DNA from: Alphaproteobacteria bacterium
GTDB lineage: Bacteria; Pseudomonadota; Alphaproteobacteria; UBA2136; UBA6156
DNA length: 64,000 bases
Assembly: GCA_036261915.1 (NCBI GenBank)
Contig: DATAJX010000001.1
Span: forward strand, 83,875 to 147,874
Reading direction: 5' to 3'
The notes under the pieces were generated by a model that made no database searches, was not told the DNA's origin, and saw nothing but the letters and a program-made list of their open reading frames with translations. Shown here piece by piece: positions 1 through 8,163 of the stretch (position 1 is the first letter of the stretch; each line of letters starts with the position of its first letter). A program made the translations under genes and the position numbers.

Positions 1-825
1 GCCACGCTCGGCCTCAACGCCAAGCCGCTGGCCAGTGGCAAATCACCTGTTGTGTTGCATGCCGAAAAACTCAGCCACACCTACACACGCCCGGGCTTCT
101 GGCCGTTCAAAAAGGCCGAGCACCTGCAAGCGCTCAGCAATGTCTCGCTCTCCCTGCAAGCAGGCCAAACCTTAGGTGTGGTGGGTGAAAGCGGTAGCGG
201 CAAAAGCACGCTCGCCCGTGTGCTTACCCGGCTGACCGAACCCGCCCATGGCGGCAAAATCGTGGTGCTTGGCCATACCTTCACGGGCCTCGAAGGCAAT
301 GCCAAACGCCTTGCGCGCAAAAACCTGCAAATGGTGTTTCAAGATCCTTCCGCCGCGCTCAACCCTTATCTTACGGCGGGCGAAAGCGTCGCCGAAGGCG
401 TGCGCGCCCACAACCTCATCGGCCCGAAAAAGATCCGCGCCTACGTCGACAAGATCATGGCCGATTGCGGCCTGCCGTCCGACAGCTACGACAGATACCC
501 GCACCAGTTTTCGGGCGGCCAAAAGCAGCGCATCTGCATCGCGCGCGCGCTGGCGCTCAAACCCAAAATCATTATCGCCGACGAAGCCGTGAGCGCGCTC
601 GACGTCTCCATCCAGGCGCAAATTCTCAAGCTGCTGGCCTCCATCCAAAAAGCCGAACGCACCAGCTACGTGTTCATCAGCCACGATCTCCGCGTGGTCA
701 GCCACCTCGCGCACAACGTGCTGGTCATGCACAACGGCAAGGTGGTCGAAAGCGGGCCCACGCAAAAGGTCTTCAGCAAGCCGCAGCACGCCTACACCAA
801 AAAATTGCTTTCCGCGGTTATCTAA
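1..825 (+). CDS. Oligopeptide/dipeptide ABC transporter ATP-binding protein (OppF/DppF-like), 5' partial
   Basis: Open frame runs from window base 1; Walker A GESGSGKST, ABC signature LSGGQKQR, Walker B IIIADE, C-terminal OppF-type extension. Confidence 0.85.
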   Translation, partial: ATLGLNAKPLASGKSPVVLHAEKLSHTYTRPGFWPFKKAEHLQALSNVSLSLQAGQTLGVVGESGSGKSTLARVLTRLTEPAHGGKIVVLGHTFTGLEGNAKRLARKNLQMVFQDPSAALNPYLTAGESVAEGVRAHNLIGPKKIRAYVDKIMADCGLPSDSYDRYPHQFSGGQKQRICIARALALKPKIIIADEAVSALDVSIQAQILKLLASIQKAERTSYVFISHDLRVVSHLAHNVLVMHNGKVVESGPTQKVFSKPQHAYTKKLLSAVI

Positions 826-832
826 ACCACAG

Positions 833-885
833 TCGTCATCCTCGCGCTTTCTTCAAGCGCGGGGATCCACTCTTAATCCTTACTT
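833..885. repeat. Dispersed hairpin repeat family A, copy 1
   Basis: GTCATCCTCGCGC-loop-GCGCGGGGATCCAC-CTTA(A/T)T-CTTA shared with 43116..43165; both copies abut the stop codon of a minus-strand gene. Confidence 0.55.
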
Positions 886-2793
886 TACTTTCGCAGCCAG
901 CTTTTCAGCCTCTTCCAGCCACTTGCCGGCGCTGCCCAGCAAGCCGTTTTCCCAGAACGCCGGGTCGGTCGGGTCAAGCCCGAAAGGTGCCAGCAACGCC
1001 ACGCCATCCTTGGTGCCGCCGGCGCGCAGCAGGTCCAGGTACAGCGGCTCGAATTTCGCCCCCACGCGCTCGCGGCTGCTCATCAAGCTCTGGGTGAACA
1101 GTTCGCCGAAGGCATAGGCGTAAACATAAAAGGGGCTGTGGAAGTGCCCGATGTAACTCCACAGGTTGTTGGTGTTCTCATAGGTGAACACGTTGCCGCT
1201 CACGCCATAAAGCTTCTGCGTGGTGGCGGCCCATACCGCTTCAATATCTTCAACGCCCAGCTTGCCGTCGCGGCGCTTGGCATGCAGTTCCTGCTCAAAC
1301 AGGCTGAAGCCGATCTGCCGCACCACGGTGTTCATAAAGTCGTTCAGCTTTTCCACCAGCAGCACCAAACGCTCCTTGTCGGTGCGGGTCGAGGCGAGCA
1401 AATGTTCAAACGTCAGCATCTCGCCAAACACACTGGCGGTCTCGGCGTACACCATCGGCGCATGCCACATCAGCGGCCCTTGCGCCTGTGCGGCCAGCAA
1501 CCCGTGCACCGCGTGGCCCAGCTCGTGCGCCAGCGTCGCCACGTCGCGCGGCGTGCCCATAAAGTTCAGCAGCATGTAGCTCTTGTCGCCGTCGGGCAGC
1601 ACCGCGGTGGCGTCGTAGGCACCGCCCACCTTGCCGCTGGCGGGCGGGGCATCCACCCAGCCGCTGTCCAGCACGGTGTCCACCAGCTTGCCCAGCGTGG
1701 GGGAAAAACTGGTGTAAGCGCCGCGCACCACGTCGCAGGCCTCGGCCCAGCTCATCTTGCTTTTGCTGGAAAAGGGCAGGGGTGCCTGCCGGTCGCTCCA
1801 TTTCAAATTCTTCTGCTTCAGCAGCTGCGCCTTCAACCGGTAAAAACGCTGGCACAAGGCGGCACCGGTGCCCATCGCGGCATCGTGCAGCGCTTTCACC
1901 GTGGCGTCGTCCACCTGGTTGCCCAGGTTGCGCGCGCTCATGGCGTGGGGGTAGTTGCGGGCGGTATCGTCAACAGCCTTGTCGCCCATCATTACGTTCA
2001 ATGCGCGGGCCTGGAAGTACGGCAGCTTCTGCGCCGCCAGGCCGTCGTTCACAACCTGTAACACCTTGGCGCGCACTTTCGCGTCGTGGCTTTCCTCCAG
2101 CACGTGCAGCATTTCCGGCAGGCCTTTCTTGCTTCCGGCCCATGCAAATTCCAGCTTCGATTCGATCTCGTCCATCATGTCATCCCACTCGCTGGGGCCG
2201 AAGGGGTCGCGCAGGGTCAGCGCCTCCTCAACCTCCTCGCTCAGGTAGTGCTTGGCCAGCGCGCGGGTGTGTTCCAGCATCGGCTTGTGGTGGGCCACGG
2301 CGTTGTCCTCGCGGCACAGGCGCTTAAAAATGCCTTCATCAAGCTTTGCCACTTCCAGGTCAAAGAACGTGAAGTGCTTGGCATGCGCGGCGGCCAACGC
2401 TTCGCTCACGCGGCTTTGTGTCTTGCGTAATGCCGTGTTGCCGGTATCGCGGCTGGCCGAAAGGAACATGTAATAACCCAGCTTGTTCTCGCGGCGGGTC
2501 AGGTCGGCCAGCGTGGTCAGCGCGGCACCCAGTCTGGTGTTCAACTGGCCGCGGTAGGTCTTGTCGAAGTCCGCCATGCTTGCCAGCAGCGCGGCAAGGT
2601 CGCGCTCGATCGCCGGATCGGTGGGGCTGCTGTAAAAAGTGGTCAGGTCCCAGCGCACGTTCTCGGCGCCGGTTTTGGTCGTGGCCATCTTTTTCGCAGG
2701 CGCCTTCTTCACGGCCTTGGGTTTCGGTTTTGCCGAAGCCTTCGCCTTGGTTGCTTTTTTGGGTGCAGGTTTTTGGGGTTTCGCTTTAGCCAT
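880..2793 (-). CDS. pepF: Oligoendopeptidase F (M3B family zinc metallopeptidase)
   Basis: HELGH zinc motif (HELGHAVH), M3 family-like overall; start chosen at internal ATG 2793 (ORF extends to 2937); Lys/Ala/Pro-rich N-terminal tail. Confidence 0.8.
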   Translation of the reverse strand: MAKAKPQKPAPKKATKAKASAKPKPKAVKKAPAKKMATTKTGAENVRWDLTTFYSSPTDPAIERDLAALLASMADFDKTYRGQLNTRLGAALTTLADLTRRENKLGYYMFLSASRDTGNTALRKTQSRVSEALAAAHAKHFTFFDLEVAKLDEGIFKRLCREDNAVAHHKPMLEHTRALAKHYLSEEVEEALTLRDPFGPSEWDDMMDEIESKLEFAWAGSKKGLPEMLHVLEESHDAKVRAKVLQVVNDGLAAQKLPYFQARALNVMMGDKAVDDTARNYPHAMSARNLGNQVDDATVKALHDAAMGTGAALCQRFYRLKAQLLKQKNLKWSDRQAPLPFSSKSKMSWAEACDVVRGAYTSFSPTLGKLVDTVLDSGWVDAPPASGKVGGAYDATAVLPDGDKSYMLLNFMGTPRDVATLAHELGHAVHGLLAAQAQGPLMWHAPMVYAETASVFGEMLTFEHLLASTRTDKERLVLLVEKLNDFMNTVVRQIGFSLFEQELHAKRRDGKLGVEDIEAVWAATTQKLYGVSGNVFTYENTNNLWSYIGHFHSPFYVYAYAFGELFTQSLMSSRERVGAKFEPLYLDLLRAGGTKDGVALLAPFGLDPTDPAFWENGLLGSAGKWLEEAEKLAAKVK

Positions 2794-3014
2794 GGGCCCG
2801 AACCTACCCGCACCGACATCCAACCGCAAGTACGGCATCATCCGCGTACCTAAAAGGGCCATAAATAAACAGCCGCGCACCAAAAGTGTACAGCCAACCG
2901 ACAGCGGCGCATCACTTCCGCACGCTTTTTCCGTCAAACGGCCGCCCTATATATTGTATGTAAGCGCGGCACGCCGGGTTGACCAAACCGCCCCCAAACG
3001 CTACCCATGACGCC

Positions 3015-3674
3015 ATGCATATCAACGACACGCTCATCCGGGAATTCGACGAAGCCATGAAGCAGGAACGCCTGCTCGAGGTCTGGCATAAATTCCGCTG
3101 GTATATTATCGGCTTGGTCACCTTCATCGTGTTGGCCGTGGCGGGGTGGCAGGGTTGGCAGGCATGGCAACTGCACCAGGCCCGCAGCATGGCCGAACGT
3201 TACTACGCCTGGACCAAACTGCCCGAAAAGGAGCAGCAGGCCAAACTGCCCGAACTCCTGCAACGCAGCACCCAAGGCTACCGCGCCCTCATCGTCTTCA
3301 AACAGGCGCAAGAGCAAGGCAAAACCGACGCTGTGGCCGCCGACCGCACCTATGCGCTGGTGTACGGCGACCGTGGCCAGCCCCAGTGGCTGCGCGAAAT
3401 GGCCCGCCTGAACGCGGCCATCATCCTGCTGGGCCGTAACGATACCCTGGCGCAGGAGCACCTCTCGGTACTCGCCCAGCAACCCGAAGAAGCCAAGGCA
3501 GGCCCTGCTTATCCGGCCGCGCTCGAGCTGCTGGCCATGTTGGCCATCCGCCAGGGCGATACCACCACCGCCAACGGTTACCTCAACCGCATGGTGGCAT
3601 TGCCCAACCTGCCGGCCGATAGCCGCGCCCGCGCCCGTTTGTGGCTGGGTGCGTACTCCACGTTGGCCAAATAA
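3015..3674 (+). CDS. YfgM-like membrane-anchored TPR-like protein (ancillary SecYEG/chaperone family, DUF2659-like)
   Basis: N-terminal MHINDTLIREFDEAMKQERLLEVWHKFRWYIIGLVTFIVLAVAGW resembles E. coli YfgM N-terminus (acidic start, single TM), TPR-like C-terminal region. Confidence 0.55.
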   Translation: MHINDTLIREFDEAMKQERLLEVWHKFRWYIIGLVTFIVLAVAGWQGWQAWQLHQARSMAERYYAWTKLPEKEQQAKLPELLQRSTQGYRALIVFKQAQEQGKTDAVAADRTYALVYGDRGQPQWLREMARLNAAIILLGRNDTLAQEHLSVLAQQPEEAKAGPAYPAALELLAMLAIRQGDTTTANGYLNRMVALPNLPADSRARARLWLGAYSTLAK

Positions 3675-3790
3675 CCTCACATTTCTGCCGTCCGGGGGTT
3701 GTGCTTTGGCATTGGCGCCCCATCTGGAGAACAGAGATTGACGCGGAGGGCCGTGGCCCTTACGCTGGACTGAATAAAAGGAGCTTTGTG

Positions 3791-3997
3791 ATGGCCGGTT
3801 TGTTTGCCCAAGTGCGTTTGCCCGTTGAACTGAAAATGAAGCCCACCAACGGCTTGATCGAAATCCAGCCCCTCGAGGTCAGCCCGTCTGAAGACGCGTT
3901 TTTCGGTGGCTACGCCGAAGACATGCTGGCCGACCTTGGCGCCGACCTGGTGGTCGATGCCCCCAAGGCGCGTATCAGCCGTAAAATACAAGGTTAA
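3791..3997 (+). CDS. Small hypothetical protein (68 aa)
   Basis: ATG 3791 preceded by AAAGGAG 8 nt upstream; stop 4 nt before the TTG start of the downstream ybjQ-like gene. Confidence 0.4.
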   Translation: MAGLFAQVRLPVELKMKPTNGLIEIQPLEVSPSEDAFFGGYAEDMLADLGADLVVDAPKARISRKIQG

Positions 3998-4001
3998 TCA
4001 A

Positions 4002-4331
4002 TTGCTTATCACCACCACGCCCTTTGTCGAGGGCTACCGCATCCGCAAATACGGCCCGCTTGTGGCGGCCGAGGCGGTGATGGGGACGAACATCTTCCGC
4101 GATTTTTTCGCCAAGGTACGAGATGTAGTGGGTGGCCGCAGCAGCGCCTTTCAGGCCGCCCTGGCAAACGCCCGCGAGCTGACTTTACGGGAAGTAACCG
4201 AGCAGGCGGAGCGGGCGGGTTGTAATGCTATCATAGGGTTAGATATAGATTATGGCGAGATCTCGGGCGGCGGGATGACCATGCTGATGGTGGCTGTTCA
4301 GGGCAGTGCCGTATTTATTGAGCCTGCATAA
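4002..4331 (+). CDS. ybjQ: YbjQ/UPF0145 family protein (heavy-metal-binding-like domain)
   Basis: LITTTPFVEGYRI...GTNIFRDFFAKVRDVVGGRS...IIGLDIDYGEISGGGMTMLMV matches the UPF0145 signature; TTG start at 4002 chosen by alignment with the family N-terminus (MxxxTTP). Confidence 0.7.
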   Translation: MLITTTPFVEGYRIRKYGPLVAAEAVMGTNIFRDFFAKVRDVVGGRSSAFQAALANARELTLREVTEQAERAGCNAIIGLDIDYGEISGGGMTMLMVAVQGSAVFIEPA

Positions 4332-4355
4332 TCAATAAGTTACGCGAATTTTGTT

Positions 4356-4380
4356 GCGCCCCTGGGGGGCGCTTTGTGTA
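4356..4380 (+). terminator. Rho-independent terminator after ybjQ
   Basis: GCGCCCC-tgg-GGGGCGC hairpin followed by TTTGTGT. Confidence 0.6.
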
Positions 4381-4413
4381 TACTACCTTAGGTTGCAATA
4401 ATAGGGAGGAAAA

Positions 4414-5436
4414 ATGCAGGAAAACCAAGGATGTTTTAGTGATGCGCGGTGGGCGCTTTTTTGGAGCGCGGATGTGCTGCGACGTCGATATTTGCCGAAG
4501 ATTGGGGCTTTTTGGCGCGAAATTGATGCCGAAGGGTCGCGCGAACTTGAAAGCCTGCAGACCGGGGTGTCGGGGAGGGCGGAAAAAGGGGTGGAGAAGA
4601 TACGGCTGCCCGATGACGAGGAGGGGCGGCATGCGTTGGCGCTGAAGGTGGAGGATGTGCTGCGCGGGATGGGGTTGCCCCATGGATTGTTATTGCGGCA
4701 ACTGGCCTGGGGGGATGCGTGGTGCGATGCCGCCTTGCGGGCCGCGATGGCTCACCGCGAAAAGGCTCGGCGCGAAGGCGTGCGCGTGCGGGTGAACTAC
4801 GTGACCCGGCAACTGCCGTTGACGGCCGAGCAGCAGGCGCAGAAGGACCAACTGACGCAGATCATGAACGACAGCCTGACGCAGATACAAAAGCTATCGA
4901 GCGGTGACTACACCGCCGATGCCGCTACCCAGAAAGTGCTGGACCAGTGGAAAGAGGCGCAGCAGAAAATTGTGGATAGTGGTTTTGTGACCCGTACCCA
5001 GCAGGAGGAGCAGACCTTGGCCGCTCGAGGTATTGGTGACAGTAGCGCCGCGCAGAGCGTGCGGCGCCAGCGCCGGTTGGACCAGCAAAGTGCCACGCAG
5101 AATCTTCAGAACGCTGAAGATGAAATGGGTAGCCAGGTGCGCAGCCAGAACCTGCAGCTGCAGCAGCAGCTGTATAACCTTGCTGCCAGCGGCATTGACA
5201 GCAAGCAGGCTGCGGCACAGGCCGCGGCAGCCACCAGCCTGAGCGGCAGTTTTGCGCAGGATGCGCGGCGCCAGGCCAGCCTGCTGGATTACTATAACAA
5301 GAGCAATAGTGGCGGCGGGTATAGCGTTTTCAACCAATCGCTGCAGAGCGGGTTGGGGGGAGGCCTTTCGAAGGTATTTGGTTTGCCGGGTACTTTTTTG
5401 GGAACCTTGTTTGGAAATAACAACGGGAGGAACTGA
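4414..5436 (+). CDS. Hypothetical Gln-rich coiled-coil protein with Gly-rich C-terminus (340 aa)
   Basis: GGGAGG RBS 5 nt upstream of ATG; Q/A-rich central region, C-terminal GGGLSKVFGLPGTFLGTLFG glycine-zipper-like segment; lower local GC; no family recognised. Confidence 0.55.
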   Translation: MQENQGCFSDARWALFWSADVLRRRYLPKIGAFWREIDAEGSRELESLQTGVSGRAEKGVEKIRLPDDEEGRHALALKVEDVLRGMGLPHGLLLRQLAWGDAWCDAALRAAMAHREKARREGVRVRVNYVTRQLPLTAEQQAQKDQLTQIMNDSLTQIQKLSSGDYTADAATQKVLDQWKEAQQKIVDSGFVTRTQQEEQTLAARGIGDSSAAQSVRRQRRLDQQSATQNLQNAEDEMGSQVRSQNLQLQQQLYNLAASGIDSKQAAAQAAAATSLSGSFAQDARRQASLLDYYNKSNSGGGYSVFNQSLQSGLGGGLSKVFGLPGTFLGTLFGNNNGRN

Positions 5437-5437
5437 A

Positions 5438-5785
5438 ATGGCTGATTTGACTTTGAAGCAATGGCACGAACAGCAATTTTTGCCCTGGAAGCAGGCCGTG
5501 GCCAAGGTGATGGAGAAGCGCCAGGAAGAACGCGAGATGTTCCAGCAGCATGTGGGCCAGTTGCAAAGCATACTGGCTTTGCTGCTGGAGGGGCGTAACC
5601 GTCAGGCCGTGCTGGCGTGGAATACGCTGCACCTGAAACCGACTCTGGCCGATATACGGCTGGGGAGCGACAGCGAGACCGTGACCCTGATGCCGCTAAG
5701 CGGTGAGCCGTTACAGATGGGGCTGGATGAGATTATCGCCGACCTTCAGCGCATGCTGGACGAACGCGGCAACAGCCTGAAGTAA
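5438..5785 (+). CDS. Hypothetical acidic protein (115 aa), translationally coupled to upstream gene
   Basis: ATG 5438 immediately after upstream TGA, GGGAGG 7 nt upstream; no recognisable domain. Confidence 0.5.
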   Translation: MADLTLKQWHEQQFLPWKQAVAKVMEKRQEEREMFQQHVGQLQSILALLLEGRNRQAVLAWNTLHLKPTLADIRLGSDSETVTLMPLSGEPLQMGLDEIIADLQRMLDERGNSLK

Positions 5786-6322
5786 TTACTCGGTGTCGTC
5801 GTCTTGCGCCTGTTCAAGCAGGCGGGCCTTGATGTCTTCGGCCAGTTTGCGGTCGGCGTCGGCATCGGTGGTTTCGGTGGTGATCATTTCGGCCAGCAGT
5901 TGCTGCCAGCTTTCGTCGAGCGCTTGCGGAAACACGCGCTGGTCGAGGTAGATTTCCCAGAAGTTGGCGACTTCGTTGGCCAGGCGGGGATCGATGATGC
6001 TTTGGCGCTGGTAGCCGAGGATGGCGGTATCATGCAGCGACACGATGACCTGTTTGCGCGTGTGGTAGCTGAGGTTGCCGTGGTAGCCCTTGCCGAGCAC
6101 GGGTTCGAGCAGGCGATACAGGTCGGCTTCGTCTTGCACCAGGCCGGGGGCGCAGCGAACATCGTGCGGCAGCAGGTAGCCGTAGCGGGTGATGAGGTCG
6201 GCCGTGGCAGGCGGAAAGTCGAACGCGAGTTCTTTGCCCTCACGGGTCAGCAAAATATTGTAACGCAGCGGCGTTAAAGGGTTGGGAGCGCCGGCAGAGG
6301 GCGTGGTTTCGGGGTTGCTCAT
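5786..6322 (-). CDS. Hypothetical protein (178 aa)
   Basis: Long ORF, convergent with 5438..5785 (stop codons abut: TAATTA); no family recognised. Confidence 0.45.
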   Translation of the reverse strand: MSNPETTPSAGAPNPLTPLRYNILLTREGKELAFDFPPATADLITRYGYLLPHDVRCAPGLVQDEADLYRLLEPVLGKGYHGNLSYHTRKQVIVSLHDTAILGYQRQSIIDPRLANEVANFWEIYLDQRVFPQALDESWQQLLAEMITTETTDADADRKLAEDIKARLLEQAQDDDTE

Positions 6323-6397
6323 GCCGCCAACTTATAGGCGCGCGGCGGCCTCGGCAAGCCGGGTGCCTGCGCATAAGGCGCGGCGGAATATAAGGGA

Positions 6398-6577
6398 ATG
6401 GATATGGAGAGCAGGGAGATTATCGGCGAAATCCGCCAGATTCGGTTTGAAATACGTGAGTTAAAAGAGGAATTGCAACGTTACAAGGGGTTTGTGGGCG
6501 GCGTGGCCTGGTGCCTGAGTGCGTTGACGGCGGTTGTGGGTTTTGTGTGGGGCACGTTGAGTTCGGGGAGCCACTGA
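6398..6577 (+). CDS. Small membrane protein (59 aa), candidate holin/spanin-like component
   Basis: MDMESREIIGEIRQIRFEIRELKEELQRYKG followed by hydrophobic helix FVGGVAWCLSALTAVVGFVWG; stop TGA overlaps the amidase ATG (TGATG); below the 60-aa cut-off of the ORF track. Confidence 0.45.
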   Translation: MDMESREIIGEIRQIRFEIRELKEELQRYKGFVGGVAWCLSALTAVVGFVWGTLSSGSH

Positions 6578-6951
6578 TGCGGGTGATCAATAAACATATC
6601 ATTCATTGCAGTGACAGCGAGGTGGGCGATGTGAAGCTTATTCGCCAATGGCACATTGAGCGCGGCTGGCAGGATGTGGGGTATCATTTTATCATTCGGC
6701 GTGATGGCGAAATTGAAGTGGGCCGCACGCTGGAAGAAATGGGTGCGCATTGCCAGGGGCAGAACGCCGACAGCATTGGCACGTGTTTGGTGGGGGTGAG
6801 GGATTTTACGCCCGGCCAGTTTGCGGCGTTGAAGCGTGTGCACGGGATGGTGCGAAGCCTGTTCCCCGGTGTGCGGGTGTTTAATCACTGCCAGTTCAAT
6901 GCCGGTAAGACCTGCCCCAATTTTGATGCGCATGACATATTGGGAGAATAA
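6577..6951 (+). CDS. N-acetylmuramoyl-L-alanine amidase (Amidase_2/PGRP, T7-lysozyme-like endolysin)
   Basis: KHIIHCSDSE...WHIERGW.DVGYHFIIRRDGEIEVGR...HC.G.N..SIG.CLVG...NHCQF...CPNFD matches the PGRP/AmpD zinc amidase fold; GGGGAG RBS 7 nt upstream of ATG 6577. Confidence 0.8.
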   Translation: MRVINKHIIHCSDSEVGDVKLIRQWHIERGWQDVGYHFIIRRDGEIEVGRTLEEMGAHCQGQNADSIGTCLVGVRDFTPGQFAALKRVHGMVRSLFPGVRVFNHCQFNAGKTCPNFDAHDILGE

Positions 6952-6953
6952 CG

Positions 6954-7364
6954 ATGGGTACTTTGGTGCTGCCTGTTATTCAGGTAATTATTGGTTACTT
7001 GCTAGCGCGTAAGACCGAAGTAGCTCGTGCTACCGGCCTGGCCGAGGACGGTGTAGCCAAGGTGGGCGAAGCCTTACAGAATTTCATGACGCAGGATACT
7101 GCTGCCCAACAGAAGATTTATGACGAGATGGATAAAGCCCGGCAGGCCGACGTAGCCACATTGCCCGGTGCGCCGCCCGTTGTGCTGCTGTTGCGCGGAC
7201 TTGTTCGGCCGGTGATTACGCTGGTGGCTTTTGGCTGGTATGTGGCGGCCCGTGCAAATGGCGTGACTTTGGGCAGTGAGGATTACGCCATTATTGGTGG
7301 GGTGGTTGCTTTCTGGTTTGGATTTCGGCCTTTTGAAAAGGGTTTTCGCCAGCCCAAGCCATGA
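6954..7364 (+). CDS. Three-TM membrane protein, putative holin-like
   Basis: Three predicted TM helices (res 3-18, ~75-100, ~112-125); immediately downstream of endolysin-type amidase (2 nt gap). Confidence 0.5.
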   Translation: MGTLVLPVIQVIIGYLLARKTEVARATGLAEDGVAKVGEALQNFMTQDTAAQQKIYDEMDKARQADVATLPGAPPVVLLLRGLVRPVITLVAFGWYVAARANGVTLGSEDYAIIGGVVAFWFGFRPFEKGFRQPKP

Positions 7365-7460
7365 CGGCGGCAATATCACACACGTGTTGCATTTTTTTGC
7401 CAAGCGCTTTGTAACATGTTAGAAATTCGGCATTCTGAATAAACACAAGAAATGCGTTAA

Positions 7461-8093
7461 ATGGCTGCCCAACAGACAAACATGGAAGAAATTCTAACCT
7501 CCATCCGCACCACGCTGGCGGAGGAAACGGCTAAGGCGGGCACCCCCGCGGCTACGGCTGTGGCTGAAGAGATGTCGGATGAAGAAGTGCTTGCGCTCTC
7601 GGAAGCCGATGTGATGCCCGCTGCCAATGCCGAAGAAACGGTGGACCTTGCCGCGTTTGGACAGGAAGGTGAAGTGAAGATGCAACCCGCCGCGAACGTG
7701 AGCGCCAATGCCGATGTATTGGGTGAGGGGCCTGAAACTCCAGTTGCAGCAACAGCTGCCCCGGCTGCTCCTGTTGAAGCCGCCGCTGCCCCGGCCGCTA
7801 CACCTGCGCCCGCCAAGCAGGCTGATGACCTGGATAAGCTGATTGCGGAGATCGCTTCGGAGCCCGCACCTGCTGCTGCCCCGACAGTGCCTGCTGCATC
7901 TGCCGGTGTTGCGAATGCCCCGGTTTCGTTGGGTTTGGTGGGCGACGTGGCCGATCTGCAAGTGGCTTTGCCGGCCGAAGTTTTGGCCGCTGCCCTGCGC
8001 CCGCTGGTGCAAACCTGGCTGGAACAGAACCTTGCCGGGGTGGTTGAGCGCCTTGTGCAGGCTGAAATCAGCAAGCTTTCCAACGCCGAGTAA
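7461..8093 (+). CDS. popZ: PopZ-like polar organizing protein (DUF2497)
   Basis: N-terminal MEEILTSIRTTL and C-terminal LRPLVQTWLEQNLAGVVERLVQAEISKL match the PopZ conserved N/C termini flanking a low-complexity A/P/E-rich linker. Confidence 0.7.
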   Translation: MAAQQTNMEEILTSIRTTLAEETAKAGTPAATAVAEEMSDEEVLALSEADVMPAANAEETVDLAAFGQEGEVKMQPAANVSANADVLGEGPETPVAATAAPAAPVEAAAAPAATPAPAKQADDLDKLIAEIASEPAPAAAPTVPAASAGVANAPVSLGLVGDVADLQVALPAEVLAAALRPLVQTWLEQNLAGVVERLVQAEISKLSNAE

Positions 8094-8163
8094 CCCCTGC
8101 AAAAACAGCATTTTGGGCCGTTTATGGCTTGATTCCTGCGTCAAACTTTCATAAAGATGAGAG

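Noticed and set aside
6282-6464. 60-aa + ORF overlapping the 3' end of 5786..6322
   Set aside because: Overlaps a longer, better-supported gene on the opposite strand and is replaced by the better-supported small TM ORF 6398..6577 in another frame.
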